64,000 nt of DNA. Source: an uncultured Actinomycetes bacterium. GTDB lineage: Bacteria; Actinomycetota; UBA4738; HRBIN12. The position numbers were made by a program, and so were the translations under genes. Every line of letters begins with the position of its first letter. Positions within the stretch are counted from its first letter, which is position 1. The notes under the pieces are model-generated. The model was not told the origin of the DNA and ran no database searches. It worked only from the letters and a program-made list of their open reading frames with translations. Where the stretch lies: contig CAVVVF010000010.1 of NCBI GenBank assembly GCA_963751665.1, forward strand, positions 42,752 through 106,751. Direction: 5' to 3'. This document shows positions 35,199-46,915 of the stretch, one piece after another.

Positions 35199-36673
35199 GC
35201 GCCGAGGCGCCGCCGGCGCATCCGCTCCAGGTCGTCGAGCTGCGCGCCGACCCACCGCTGCGGCGGGTTGGAGAGCACCAGTCGCGACAGGCCCCGGGCT
35301 CGCCGGGCCCGCTCGTCCGCCGGCATCTCCAGGGCGGTGGCGAGCGCGTCGGCCATCTCGCCGAGGTCGAACGGGTTCACGGCCACCGCGTAGCGTCCCA
35401 GGCGCCAATAGGCCCCGGCGTTCCTCGACAGCACCAGGATGCCGTGGCGCCGATTCAGGACCGGACCCTCCATGGCCACGAGGTTCATGCCGTCGTAGAT
35501 CGGGTTGACCAGGAGGACGTCGTACAAGCCGTAGGCGGCGATCGCCCCCTCGTAGTCGTCCTTCACCCGAACCTCGATCGGTTGCCATCCCTCCTCGCCG
35601 AGTTCCCAGTTGACCCGGTCCGCCTCGGCCAGGCACTCCTCCGCATAGGCCCGGTACTCGGGAACCTCGGTGCGCGAGGGCGAGAGGAGCGCCAGGAACC
35701 GGACCCGCCCCCGCCAGTCCGGATGCCGCCGAAGGAACAGGCCGAAGGCCTTGAAGCCGCGCGCGATGTTCTTCGTGAGCTCGAAGCGGTCGACCCGGAC
35801 GATGAGCCGGGCGTTGCCTCTCCACCGGTTCAGCTGCCTGCGGAGCTCCCGGACCTCCGGGGAGGCGGCGGTCTCCCGCATGGGCCCGGCGTCGATCGAG
35901 ATGGGATGGATCCGGACCAGGACCTCGCGGCCCTCGACCAGGATGCGGGATCGGGCCAGGTCGGCCCGGACGCCCGGCAGGAGGCGCGCCGACATGATGA
36001 AGTTCTCCGCCCACGCCTGGGAGTGGAACCCCAGCACGTCGGCGCCGAGGAGTCCCCGGATGATCCCCTCACGGATCTTGCCCGGCAGGGTCCGAAGGTA
36101 CGTGGCCCCCGCGAATGAGGTGTGCGAGAAATGGGCGATGAGCGCCTCGGGCCGCAGCTCCCGAAGGAACCGGGGGACGAGCGAGAGGTGATAGTCCTGG
36201 ATGAGGTACGCGGGCTGCGACCGCTGGCGGTCGCCCTCGTCGGCCAGCGCCTGGGCGAAGGTTCGGTTCACATCGACGTACTCGGCCCAAGCTCGTTCGG
36301 TGTCGTCGTCGAAGGACGGTGAGCGGACGGTGTCCCACAGGTAGTGGTGGACGAACCACAGGATGCCGTTGGAGACGTGGTTGTAGTACGCGTCATAGGT
36401 GGCCGGTGGGATGTCGAGGTACCGCACACGGTAGGGCGAACCGTACGCCTCCATGTCGACCAACCCTCGGCCGTCGCGGGCCACGACCTCACGGTCGCCC
36501 TGGGACATCGCGGCCGCCACCCACAGCCCACGCGAGGCCTGGAGGGCTCCGACCAGCGCGGTCACTAGTCCCCCCGAACCTCGGTGCGGCGACAGCTCGC
36601 CCGACTCGTCGCGCTCGAAGGTCACCGGGCCGCGGTTGGACGCGACGATGAGCGGGGCGTCGAGCGTGCTCAT
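35186..36673 (-). CDS. otsA: alpha,alpha-trehalose-phosphate synthase
   Basis: VASNRGPV, IQDYHL, GFHSQ, VDRFELTKNI and NPIYDGMNLVAMEG motifs. The ATG lies inside the 811-aa ORF. ATGA overlap with treT. Confidence 0.9.
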   Translation of the reverse strand: MSTLDAPLIVASNRGPVTFERDESGELSPHRGSGGLVTALVGALQASRGLWVAAAMSQGDREVVARDGRGLVDMEAYGSPYRVRYLDIPPATYDAYYNHVSNGILWFVHHYLWDTVRSPSFDDDTERAWAEYVDVNRTFAQALADEGDRQRSQPAYLIQDYHLSLVPRFLRELRPEALIAHFSHTSFAGATYLRTLPGKIREGIIRGLLGADVLGFHSQAWAENFIMSARLLPGVRADLARSRILVEGREVLVRIHPISIDAGPMRETAASPEVRELRRQLNRWRGNARLIVRVDRFELTKNIARGFKAFGLFLRRHPDWRGRVRFLALLSPSRTEVPEYRAYAEECLAEADRVNWELGEEGWQPIEVRVKDDYEGAIAAYGLYDVLLVNPIYDGMNLVAMEGPVLNRRHGILVLSRNAGAYWRLGRYAVAVNPFDLGEMADALATALEMPADERARRARGLSRLVLSNPPQRWVGAQLDDLERMRRRRLGAQAS

Positions 36674-37911
36674 CGCAGCGACGTCATCAGACCCAGGTAG
36701 TCCTCGAGCTCTCGCGGGGTGAGGAACCGATCGCGTACGCGCTCCCGCGCGGCCCGGCCGATCGTCCTCCCCAGGTCCGGGTCCTCGAGCAACTGGACGA
36801 TCCGCTCCGCGCATCCCTCCACCGAGTCCACCAGGAAGCCGGTCTCGCCATCGATGATCTGCAGGCGGATCCCCCCCACGTTCCCACCGATCACCGGCTT
36901 GTCCTTCCACATACCCTCCGCGACCACCAGTCCGAACCCCTCGCGGATGGATTTCTGGACCACGACCGTGGACGCTCGCTGGAACGCGTTGATCTCCAGG
37001 TTCCCCACGTTGTGCACGTTCGTCAGCAGGTGGATGTCGGGATCGCCCGCCCGGTGCTCCTCGGTGAGATCGAGGAACCGCATGCCTTCGGGGTCGTCGT
37101 GCGCCATGGACCCCGCCAGGATGAGCTGCAAGCCGGGGAACTCCTTGCGGGCCAACCGGAAGGCGTCGATCACGCCGAGTGGGTCCTTCCACGGGTCGAA
37201 CCGGGACACCTGCACCACGATGGGCCGGCCCGGATCGATCCCGTAGGTCTGCAGCAAGTCGGCGATCGTCTCGTCGGCCAGGTCGAAGTTCTTGGTCGAG
37301 CAGGGGTCGATGGAGGGGGGGATGAACGCCAGCGTGGGGCCGGTGACGCCGGGCTGGGCGAAGTCCTCCATCGTGAAGATGGCCGCGTCGTAGCGGTTCA
37401 CGATCGGTTCGAAGAACTCCCACACGGGACGGAACGGGGTGGACAGGTCGATATGGCACCGCCAGATCCACCGGCCCGAGCGCCGGCCCTCCTCCTCCAG
37501 CACGGTGAGCAGGGCGGCGGGTTGGGGATCGTGGACGAAGACGTAGTCGTAGCCATCGGTGAACTCCGCCGCGTTGGCCCGGATCCTGTCCCAGTAGGCC
37601 CCCCGCATCTCCTCGGTCCACGGGGCCTCCGCGCCCTGCAACGCGTTGTGCACCGTCTTGGTGACCGCGTAGTACTCGTCGGAGCCCTCGAGCAGCGCCC
37701 AGGTGGCCTGGATGCCGAGGTCGTTCAGCAGGGGGAGCTGTGACTGGAGGAGCTCGGCCACCCCGCCCCCGTAGGCCGTGCTGTTCAGGTGGAGCATGGT
37801 GGCGCCCGCGAACGGCCGGGCCGCCTTGCGCAGGCGCTCCACTGCCTCCTCGCCCGCCGGGATGACGTATTCGTCGACGTGCTTGTCTGCCAGCGGAACC
37901 GTGGGAAGCAT
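36670..37911 (-). CDS. treT: trehalose glycosyltransferring synthase (TreT-like GT4 glycosyltransferase)
   Basis: HLNSTAYGGGVAELL, VTKTVHNALQG, VSRFDPWKDP and QKSIREGFGLVVAEGMWK motifs, as I remember them from TreT-type enzymes. Confidence 0.65.
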   Translation of the reverse strand: MLPTVPLADKHVDEYVIPAGEEAVERLRKAARPFAGATMLHLNSTAYGGGVAELLQSQLPLLNDLGIQATWALLEGSDEYYAVTKTVHNALQGAEAPWTEEMRGAYWDRIRANAAEFTDGYDYVFVHDPQPAALLTVLEEEGRRSGRWIWRCHIDLSTPFRPVWEFFEPIVNRYDAAIFTMEDFAQPGVTGPTLAFIPPSIDPCSTKNFDLADETIADLLQTYGIDPGRPIVVQVSRFDPWKDPLGVIDAFRLARKEFPGLQLILAGSMAHDDPEGMRFLDLTEEHRAGDPDIHLLTNVHNVGNLEINAFQRASTVVVQKSIREGFGLVVAEGMWKDKPVIGGNVGGIRLQIIDGETGFLVDSVEGCAERIVQLLEDPDLGRTIGRAARERVRDRFLTPRELEDYLGLMTSLR

Positions 37912-37944
37912 GAGGCGCAGTCTAGCGGCTGGTTCGGCCCCGGC

Positions 37945-38373
37945 TCAGAGGTTCGAGGCTCGAGCCAGGTCCGCCAGCGCCTGGTCCCGTCGAAGCCGCC
38001 GATCCTGAGGGGTCATCTCGCCGGCTCGGGCCACGATGCTCGACAGCGCTACCGGCGAGAAGGGCTTGGTGACGTATTCGGCGCAGCCCGCCTCCCAGCC
38101 CCGAGCCTGGTCGTCGATCTGGGCCCTGGCGGTGAGGAGGATCACCGGCGTTTCGGCGGTCTCCGGGCGCTCCCGCAGCAGCCGAAGGACCGACAGGCCA
38201 TCGAGGGTCGGCAGCATCACGTCCAGGACGATCAGGTCCGGCCGGTCACGCATCGCCAGCTCCATGCCCCGTTCGCCGTCGGGGGCCTCCAGGACCTCGT
38301 GCCCCGCGAACCCCAGGTTGACCCGGCACAGGAGGAGGATATCGGGCTCGTCGTCGATCACCAGCACGCGCAC
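37945..38373 (-). CDS. stand-alone response-regulator receiver protein
   Basis: VLVIDDEPD, DLIVLDVMLPTLDG, LLTAR and VTKPF motifs. The GTG follows GGAGGAGGA. It ends 33 nt upstream of treT on the same strand. Confidence 0.8.
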   Translation of the reverse strand: MRVLVIDDEPDILLLCRVNLGFAGHEVLEAPDGERGMELAMRDRPDLIVLDVMLPTLDGLSVLRLLRERPETAETPVILLTARAQIDDQARGWEAGCAEYVTKPFSPVALSSIVARAGEMTPQDRRLRRDQALADLARASNL

Positions 38374-38488
38374 GTTTCCTCCTCCACCAGATTCTCGGTA
38401 TGGGAGGGCCAATTCTGGATAGCTCGACCGGGCCAATCGGCGGGTTCGGTTTGGGGGAGTACCGCTGGAAGGCTGCCCCGGCGGCGCG

Positions 38489-38517
38489 TTGACACCGCCA
38501 AACCCCGAATCTACATT
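38489..38517 (+). promoter_or_regulatory. sigma-70-like promoter TTGACA-N17-TACATT upstream of the Rrf2 gene
   Basis: The -35 box is at 38489..38494 and the -10 box at 38512..38517, 28 nt before the GTG. Confidence 0.45.
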
Positions 38518-38544
38518 GGCCGCGAGACCCGGCAGGAGTCGGTC

Positions 38545-39018
38545 GTGCTCAAGATCTCCCAGAGGCTCGAATACGCGATGCGGGCCATGATCGAGCTCGC
38601 GCTCCGCCGCGAGGACGGCGGCCTGATCCCGGCGCGGGAGATCGCCACCGCCCAGCAGGTCCCCCTGCGGTTCCTCGAGCAGCAGCTCGGGGCGCTGCAC
38701 AAGGCGGGGCTGGTCGAGAGCTTCCGGGGGGCGGGGGGCGGGTGCCGCATCGCCAAGGACCCCGCCGACATCCGGGTCGCCGACATCGCCGACGCGATCG
38801 AGGGGCAGCTGTTCCCCATGTTCTGCCTGGAGCCCTCGGACCACACGTGCTTCCAGGACTCGAGGTGTGGCCTCCAGGGGTTCTGGGGCGACGTGGCCCG
38901 AGCCATCCAGGGGGTGTTCGAGGAAACGACCGTAGCCGACCTGGCCGAGCGCCACCGGCGGATGGCGCCCACGCGACCGGTGTTCTCCTCCGACGAGCTG
39001 CTCAGCCGGCTGCCCTAG
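38545..39018 (+). CDS. Rrf2 family transcriptional regulator
   Basis: SQRLEYAMRAMIELA, IATAQQVPLRFLEQQLGALHKAGLVESFRGAGGG, and a Cys cluster (C-x8-C-x5-C). Confidence 0.85.
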   Translation: MLKISQRLEYAMRAMIELALRREDGGLIPAREIATAQQVPLRFLEQQLGALHKAGLVESFRGAGGGCRIAKDPADIRVADIADAIEGQLFPMFCLEPSDHTCFQDSRCGLQGFWGDVARAIQGVFEETTVADLAERHRRMAPTRPVFSSDELLSRLP

Positions 39019-39076
39019 GGCCCGGCCGGCCTTCCTTGGTCCCTCCTGGTGAGCCCCCGGCTTGGTGAGTCGCCGG

Positions 39077-39229
39077 CTAGGAGGCCTTCCCCAGGATCCG
39101 CATGACCTTGGTGCCGCACACCGGGCAGTTGCCCTGCGCGGCCCTGCGACCGTTCTTGAGGGTCACCTCGCTGCCCTCGAACTCGCGCTTGGCCCGGCAC
39201 TTCACGCAGTACGCCTCATACTTGGCCAC
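39077..39229 (-). CDS. small zinc-ribbon protein (DUF5679-like)
   Basis: VAKYEAYCVKCRAKREF...GNCPVCGTKVMRILGKAS. The GTG follows GGAGGCCAGG. Confidence 0.6.
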   Translation of the reverse strand: MAKYEAYCVKCRAKREFEGSEVTLKNGRRAAQGNCPVCGTKVMRILGKAS

Positions 39230-39436
39230 CCCTGGCCTCCTTCCGGCCGACCGATCTGGGCCGATCGTTCCCCGACTAGGCTGCGAGGCCGCCTCCATCG
39301 GCGGCCTCGCAGGCACGATGCTCCCCCTTCCCAGGCACGGATGCAAGCACCTGCCGGGCACGAATCCGGGTCGCCGCGGGCGACCCGTCCCGCATAGCAT
39401 TCGGGTACCGACCGGCCTCGAGGGGGCGGAAAGCAC

Positions 39437-41402
39437 ATGACCGAGGTCCCGCATCACATCTCCGCGCTCCTGTCCGAAGAACGGGTGTTCGAGCCGCCGC
39501 CCGACTTCGTGGCCGGGGCGCTCGTGAAGGACCGGTCCATCTACGAGCGGGCCGAGGCCGACTACCAGGGGTTCTGGGCCGAGCAGGCCGAGCGACCTGG
39601 CCTGGTTCCGGCGGTGGGACTCGGTCATGGACTGGCAGCCGCCGTGGGTGAAGTGGTTCGTCGGGGGCAAGCTGAACGCCTCGTTCAACTGCCTCGACCG
39701 GCACGTGGAGGCGGGCGGCGGGGACAAGGCGGCCTATCACTGGGAGGGCGAGCCCGGCGAGCAACGGACCATCACCTACAAGGAGCTGCTCGACGAGGTG
39801 TCCCGGTTCGCCAACGCCCTGAAGTCGCTCGGGGTGGGGAGGGGCGACCGGGTGGCCATCTACCTGGGGATGGTCCCCGAGCTCCCCGTGGCCATGCTGG
39901 CGTGCGCCCGCATCGGGGCGCCGCATTCCGTGGTCTTCGGAGGGTTCTCCGCGGAGTCGCTCCGGGACCGCATCAACGACGCCGAGGCCAAGGTCCTGGT
40001 CACCCAGGACGGGGGGTATCGCCGAGGGGCGCTGGTGCCCCTCAAGGCCAACGCCGACGAGGCCCTGGCCGGCTGCCCGTCGATCCAGCACGTGGTCACG
40101 GTGAAGCGGGCGGGCAACGAGCACGCGTTCACCCCCGGGCGGGACCACTGGTACCACGAGCTGATCGAGGAGCAGCAGCCCGACTGCACGCCCGAGGAGA
40201 TGGACGCCGAGGACCCGCTGTACATCCTGTACACGAGCGGGACGACCGGGAAGCCCAAGGGGATCGTCCACACGACCGGGGGCTACTTGGCCGCCGTCAC
40301 CGCCACCCACCGGCTGATCTTCGACATCCACGACGACGACGTGTACTGGTGCGCCGCCGACATCGGCTGGGTCACCGGGCACTCCTACATCGTGTACGGG
40401 CCGCTCGCCAATCACACCACCAGCCTCATGTACGAGGGTGCGCCGGACTGGCCCGACAAGGACCGGCTGTGGTCGATCGCCGAACGGAACAAGGCGAACA
40501 TCCTGTACACGGCGCCGACGGCCATCCGAGCCTTCATGCGATGGGGACCCGAGTATCCGGAGAAGCACGATCTTTCGTCGCTCCGGCTGCTCGGGACGGT
40601 GGGCGAGCCCATCAACCCCGAGGCGTGGGTGTGGTACTGGAAGCACATCGGTGGCGGCCGGTGCCCCATCGTCGACACGTGGTGGCAGACCGAGACCGGA
40701 TGCATCCTGATCACGCCCCTTCCGGGGTCATCCCGCTGAAGCCGGGGTCGGCCACGTTGCCCTTCCCCGGGATCCAAGCCGACGTCGTGGACGAGGAGGG
40801 GAACTCGGTGCCGCTCGGTGGCGGGGGCTACCTGGTGCTGAAACGCCCGTGGCCGGCCATCGCCCGGACCATCTGGGGGGATCCCGACCGGTACGTCGCA
40901 GACCTACTTCAGCAAGTACGGGCCGAAGGTCTACGTGGCGGGCGACGGCGCCAAGCGCGACGAGGACGGCTACTTCTGGCTGCTCGGGCGGATCGACGAC
41001 GTGATGAACGTCGCCGGCCACCGCCTGTCGACCTACGAGATCGAGAGCGCCCTCGTGGACAACCCGAAGGTGGCCGAGGCGGCCGTGGTGTCGCGGCCCG
41101 ACGAGGTGGTTGGCGAGGCCATCGTGGCGTTCGTCACACTGAAGTCGGGCTACGAGGGCGACGAGACGATCGCCGCGGAACTCCGGGAGCACGTGGCGAA
41201 GAAGATCGGAAAGATCGCCCGCCCCCACGCCCTCATCTTCACCAACGACCTGCCGAAGACCCGCTCGGGCAAGATCATGCGCCGGCTACTCCGCGACGTG
41301 GCTAGGGGCCGCGCCCTCGGCGACGTCACCACCCTGGCGAACGCCGAGGTCGTGGAGCAGATCCACGAGATGGTCGAGGCCGGCGCCGGCACCGAGGAGT
41401 AG
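39437..41402 (+). CDS. acs: acetyl-CoA synthetase; the frame is broken 3 times
   Basis: [39 protein letters not shown] and [11 protein letters not shown] are spread over three frames, with switches near 39596, 40723 and 40897. Confidence 0.9.
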
Positions 41403-41419
41403 CGCCCGAGCTCAAGCTC

Positions 41420-41451
41420 GAGGGGCCGGCCCGTTTTCGGGCCGGCCCCTC
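41420..41451. terminator. bidirectional hairpin between the convergent acs and BNR genes
   Basis: GAGGGGCCGGCCCG-TTTT-CGGGCCGGCCCCTC. Confidence 0.6.
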
Positions 41452-41472
41452 TTGCTGCGTCTGCTTCAGACC

Positions 41473-43272
41473 CTAGGGCGTGGTCGGGTCCAGCCCGCTC
41501 CACCCGAAGATGTCGCTGTTGCCGAAGAACTTGCCGCCAACAGGCACACAGTCCTGCTGCGGCGCCCGCCTGCCGGCGATCGAGCGGGTAGTCTGCGCTT
41601 GGGCGCGCCACGCGTCGACCAATGGGCAGTCGGCCCCGTTCCGCGTGTCGTTCCACACGGCTACGCCGTAGTCGTTGGTGGCCGCCGCGTAGACGTAGTC
41701 GCCCAGGAACTCCAGGAACTGGTTGTTCTGGCTGGAGGCCCGGGGATCGCCCACGGCCCCGCGGTTCAACTCGGTCAGGGTTCCCACGGTGCCGTTCGCC
41801 GCGACGTCGCCATGCAGCACCACGCCGACCAGGCCCCGGGAATCCGTGGTGTTGCTCCGGAACGGGGTGGTGAAGGCGTTGTACACGAGGTACAGGTCCT
41901 TCCCGTCCGGTGAGAGCGCGGGGGCGGAGTAGTAGCCGCGGTCGCCTGCGGTCTCCACGGCGGTTGGGTCCGTCCAGTGCGCTCCGCCGTCGGTCGACGT
42001 GCGCACGTAGACGTGGATGTGCTGGTTGGCGTCGAATCCGACCCACGTGAGGGCCAGCTCGTCTGTGGCCCCGACCCCGGTCGGAGCGCCGTTCGCGATG
42101 CTCACGCTGGGCGACGCGGACAGGTCGTTCCTTGCGCCGGCCAAGCCGTCCGAGACGCACCGCCCGCTCGTGCCGTCGAACTGGATCGCGACGCACGGGT
42201 CCGTGACCCGGCCGATGGCCACAGGCCGCGACCAGCTGAGGCCGCCGTCGACGGACTTCACCATGAAGTGCGTCCCCATCGGGGGCGAGAACACGCTCGC
42301 GTTCTGGAACTCCTCGTAGAACACGTAGGCAATGCCCTGACTGTCGGTGCGGACGGTGCAGCCAGACTGGCCGAAGTGGCTGGGCGCCACGTTGTGGGCC
42401 GGGCTGATCTGCCTGGTCGCCCACGTGGCCCCGCCGTCGGCGGATGTGGAGACCGCCATGGGCGCCGCGCCGGCCCCATTGAACTTCTCGAAGCAGACGT
42501 AGGCGTTGCCGAAGAACGGGCTGGCCGAGACGTTGTCGGCCCAGATCTGCTCCTTGTCGGCGAACGTCGCCGAGGACTGCTTGGAGACGATCACGGGGTC
42601 CATCCAGGCGGCCTTGCCAGCCACGCCTCCCGCTGCCGCGGTCGCCACGTCGTCGGTCCGGGAGACCGCGATGCCCTCGACGCCCTTCAGCAAGGTCGAG
42701 GCCACGGTGGGGTTCGCAGACGTCAGGTTGGCGTAGTAGAGGCGCGAGCCGTTCGCCCACGAGAAGGTGCCCGATGCGCCGGGTTTCGGCCCGAATGCCA
42801 CCGCCGGGTCGCCGTCGGCGACCAGCCCGTTCTCGAAGTACTTGGGCAGGGTCCCGATCAGCCCCGACGGGTTGGGGGCGCATGGCGGGTCTGCGTTTCC
42901 CACCACCCCGAGGCAACCTCGGGCCGAGTAGCCCGTGTAGGTCGGCTGCGTCCATGTGTGCCCGCCGTCGAACGAGAAGTAGACGCCGGAGCCGCTCACG
43001 CCGAGCGTGAACGGGCAGGTCGTGTCGTCGCCCGCGTTGCAGGCCTCCTCGTCGATGTTGTCGTTGGCCCCGGCGACGACGACGTTCGGGTGGGCCGGGT
43101 CGATGGCCACGGCCGGCTCGTTCTGCTTGTTCTGGGAGAACGGCGTGGCCGGGCTCCCCACGTTCACCAGCACGGACGCGTCGGACGTCGCCACCGCGGC
43201 GGGGACCGCGGTGAGGGCGAACGCCGCTACCAGAGGCAGCCCCAACACGGCCGCCAGGATCCTCGATCTCAT
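41473..43272 (-). CDS. secreted BNR/Asp-box repeat protein (sialidase-like beta-propeller)
   Basis: A signal peptide plus four Asp-boxes: SFDGGHTW, SADGGATW, SVDGGLSW and STDGGAHW. Confidence 0.75.
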   Translation of the reverse strand: MRSRILAAVLGLPLVAAFALTAVPAAVATSDASVLVNVGSPATPFSQNKQNEPAVAIDPAHPNVVVAGANDNIDEEACNAGDDTTCPFTLGVSGSGVYFSFDGGHTWTQPTYTGYSARGCLGVVGNADPPCAPNPSGLIGTLPKYFENGLVADGDPAVAFGPKPGASGTFSWANGSRLYYANLTSANPTVASTLLKGVEGIAVSRTDDVATAAAGGVAGKAAWMDPVIVSKQSSATFADKEQIWADNVSASPFFGNAYVCFEKFNGAGAAPMAVSTSADGGATWATRQISPAHNVAPSHFGQSGCTVRTDSQGIAYVFYEEFQNASVFSPPMGTHFMVKSVDGGLSWSRPVAIGRVTDPCVAIQFDGTSGRCVSDGLAGARNDLSASPSVSIANGAPTGVGATDELALTWVGFDANQHIHVYVRTSTDGGAHWTDPTAVETAGDRGYYSAPALSPDGKDLYLVYNAFTTPFRSNTTDSRGLVGVVLHGDVAANGTVGTLTELNRGAVGDPRASSQNNQFLEFLGDYVYAAATNDYGVAVWNDTRNGADCPLVDAWRAQAQTTRSIAGRRAPQQDCVPVGGKFFGNSDIFGWSGLDPTTP

Positions 43273-43446
43273 CCAGCACCTCCTTGCCCTAGAGCGCCAA
43301 AATCCCTGGTCAACCTAGGCTCCTCGGCCCAGACGCGCATCCGTCATTCGCAGTACGGCGTGGTCTCGGCCTGCAGGTAGTACGAGGGCCGGGTTGGCTC
43401 GGTTGGCCCGGCTTGCCACTCCCCCCGGTCCAGCCGCTACAATGCC

Positions 43447-45166
<1,720 letters not shown>

Positions 45167-45206
45167 GCCGTTACACAACCGCAACGAACGCCTTCGAACC
45201 GCCTGG

Positions 45207-45288
45207 GGGGCTCCGGCGAAGAACTGGCCGGAGCCCCTCTCTCTCCGGCGAGACGGGCCCCGGGGCTGCAAGCCCCGGGGCCCGTCTC
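45207..45288 (+). terminator. two consecutive GC hairpins after groEL
   Basis: GGGGCTCCGGC/GCCGGAGCCCC at 45207..45237, and GAGACGGGCCCCGGGG/CCCCGGGGCCCGTCTC at 45250..45288. Confidence 0.55.
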
Positions 45289-45327
45289 CATCTCCGGGAC
45301 CGGCCCGCGTGCCACAATCCTCGGGCC

Positions 45328-46146
45328 ATGGTGGCCGCCGACGTCTCGACCAAGGTGCTCCAGCTCCGACGGTGGTTCGAGCCGCTTCCCGGCGTCGTGG
45401 TGGCCTACTCGGGCGGCACCGACTCGACGCTGGTGGCCGCCGCGGCGGCCCAGGCTCTCGGTGAGCGGGCCCTGGCCGTGACAGCGGTCTCGCCCTCCCT
45501 TCCGCCGGGCGAGCTGGCAGAGGCCCGCCGGGTGGCCGGCCTGATCGGGGTCCGGCACCGGGCCGTCCGAACCCGCGAGACCGAGGACGAGGCCTACCTG
45601 GCGAACGGCGTGGATCGCTGTTACCACTGCAAGTCGGAGCTGTACGGCGTCCTCGGCCGGGTGGCCGAGGACGCCGGCGGCTCGGTGGTCGTCTCGGGGG
45701 CCAACCTGGACGATCTGGGGGACTACCGGCCCGGGCTCCGGGCGGCGAAGGAGCACGGGATCCGCCATCCACTGGTCGAGGTGGGGTTCACCAAGGCGGA
45801 GGTCCGGGAGGCCGCCCGGGACCTCGGCATCCCGACGTGGGACAAGCCCGCGTCGGCCTGCCTTTCGTCGAGGATCGCGTTCGGGGTGAGGATCAGCGTG
45901 GAGGAGCTGTCGAAGGTGGGACGGGCCGAACGGCTGCTGAAGGACCTGGGGTTCGCCCAGTGCCGGGTCCGCGTGCACGGCGATGTGGCCAGGGTCGAGG
46001 TCGAGCTGGCCGACCTCCCGCGCCTGGCCCAGCCGGGCATCCGCGCGCATGTGGTGGACGGCCTGAAGGCCCTGGGCTACCGCTACGTCACCCTGGACCT
46101 CGAAGGGTTCCGTTCGGGAAGCATGAACCCGGAGGGGAGGGCGTGA
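45328..46146 (+). CDS. larE: PP-loop ATP-dependent sulfur transferase, LarE family
   Basis: VAYSGGTDST PP-loop, CYHCK, and the SACLSSR cysteine motif. Confidence 0.7.
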   Translation: MVAADVSTKVLQLRRWFEPLPGVVVAYSGGTDSTLVAAAAAQALGERALAVTAVSPSLPPGELAEARRVAGLIGVRHRAVRTRETEDEAYLANGVDRCYHCKSELYGVLGRVAEDAGGSVVVSGANLDDLGDYRPGLRAAKEHGIRHPLVEVGFTKAEVREAARDLGIPTWDKPASACLSSRIAFGVRISVEELSKVGRAERLLKDLGFAQCRVRVHGDVARVEVELADLPRLAQPGIRAHVVDGLKALGYRYVTLDLEGFRSGSMNPEGRA

Positions 46147-46373
46147 GGGCGAAGTTCCACCTCACCTTCCCCGAGCGCCTGATCAACGAGCCGGTCATCC
46201 ACCGCGTGGGCATGGACTTCGACCTCGTCACCAACATCCGCCGGGCCAACATCGAGGAGGGTCACGCCTGGGTGATCCTTGAGATTGAGGGGACCGAGGA
46301 GTCCGTCGCGAAGGCCGTGACATGGCTGGCCGAGCAGGGCGTGCAGGTGGACCGGATCGAAGAGGAGTCCTGA
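46143..46373 (+). CDS. NIL domain protein
   Basis: HLTFPERLINEPVIHRVGMDFDLVTNIRRANIEEGHAWVILEIEG. GTGA overlap with larE. Confidence 0.6.
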   Translation: MRAKFHLTFPERLINEPVIHRVGMDFDLVTNIRRANIEEGHAWVILEIEGTEESVAKAVTWLAEQGVQVDRIEEES

Positions 46374-46774
46374 TGCACGAGGAGCGGATCCGGATCCGGT
46401 GGCGCGACATCGACGCCTATGGCCACGTGAACAACGCGGTGTACCTGAACTACCTGGAGGAGGCCCGCGACGCGTTCGTCCAGAAGGTGCTGGGGCCGGT
46501 CACCAACACGTGGGACTTCGTCCTGGCTCGGGTGGCCATCGACTACCGGGCCGAGCTGACGCCGGACGACGGCGAGGTCCTGGTGCGCTGCCGCCTGGAT
46601 TCGATCGGCCGGGCCAGCCTGCGGACCCGGGAGGAGGTGGCCAAGCTCGACGGGACCGTGTCCGCGGAGGCCGAGTCGGTCGTGGTGGCTCGGGACCCGT
46701 CGACCGGGAAGTCCCGGCCCCTCACCGACGAGGAGCGCGCGGCCCTGGAACGCGAGCTGGAGGTAAGCGGCTGA
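46373..46774 (+). CDS. acyl-CoA thioesterase (hotdog fold, 4HBT/YbgC-like)
   Basis: RWRDIDAYGHVNNAVYLNYLEEAR. TGATG overlap with the NIL gene. Confidence 0.75.
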   Translation: MHEERIRIRWRDIDAYGHVNNAVYLNYLEEARDAFVQKVLGPVTNTWDFVLARVAIDYRAELTPDDGEVLVRCRLDSIGRASLRTREEVAKLDGTVSAEAESVVVARDPSTGKSRPLTDEERAALERELEVSG

Positions 46775-46915
46775 ATGCCCGATCCCCCGGCGCCCTGGGG
46801 GACCTATGCCGCGGGTACCGCGGCGCCGATGGACGGTGCCATGCCTGCCACCTCGGCCCCCGGCGCGGCGACCTTGAGCCATCGGCGGTCGGGCGTGCAC
46901 TAGGCTTCCGGGCCG

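Noticed and set aside
35186-37621. 811-aa version of the otsA ORF
   Set aside because: The N-terminal 316 codons overlap treT in another frame and look non-coding. The conserved OtsA N-terminus (VASNRGPV) begins at the internal ATG at 36673.
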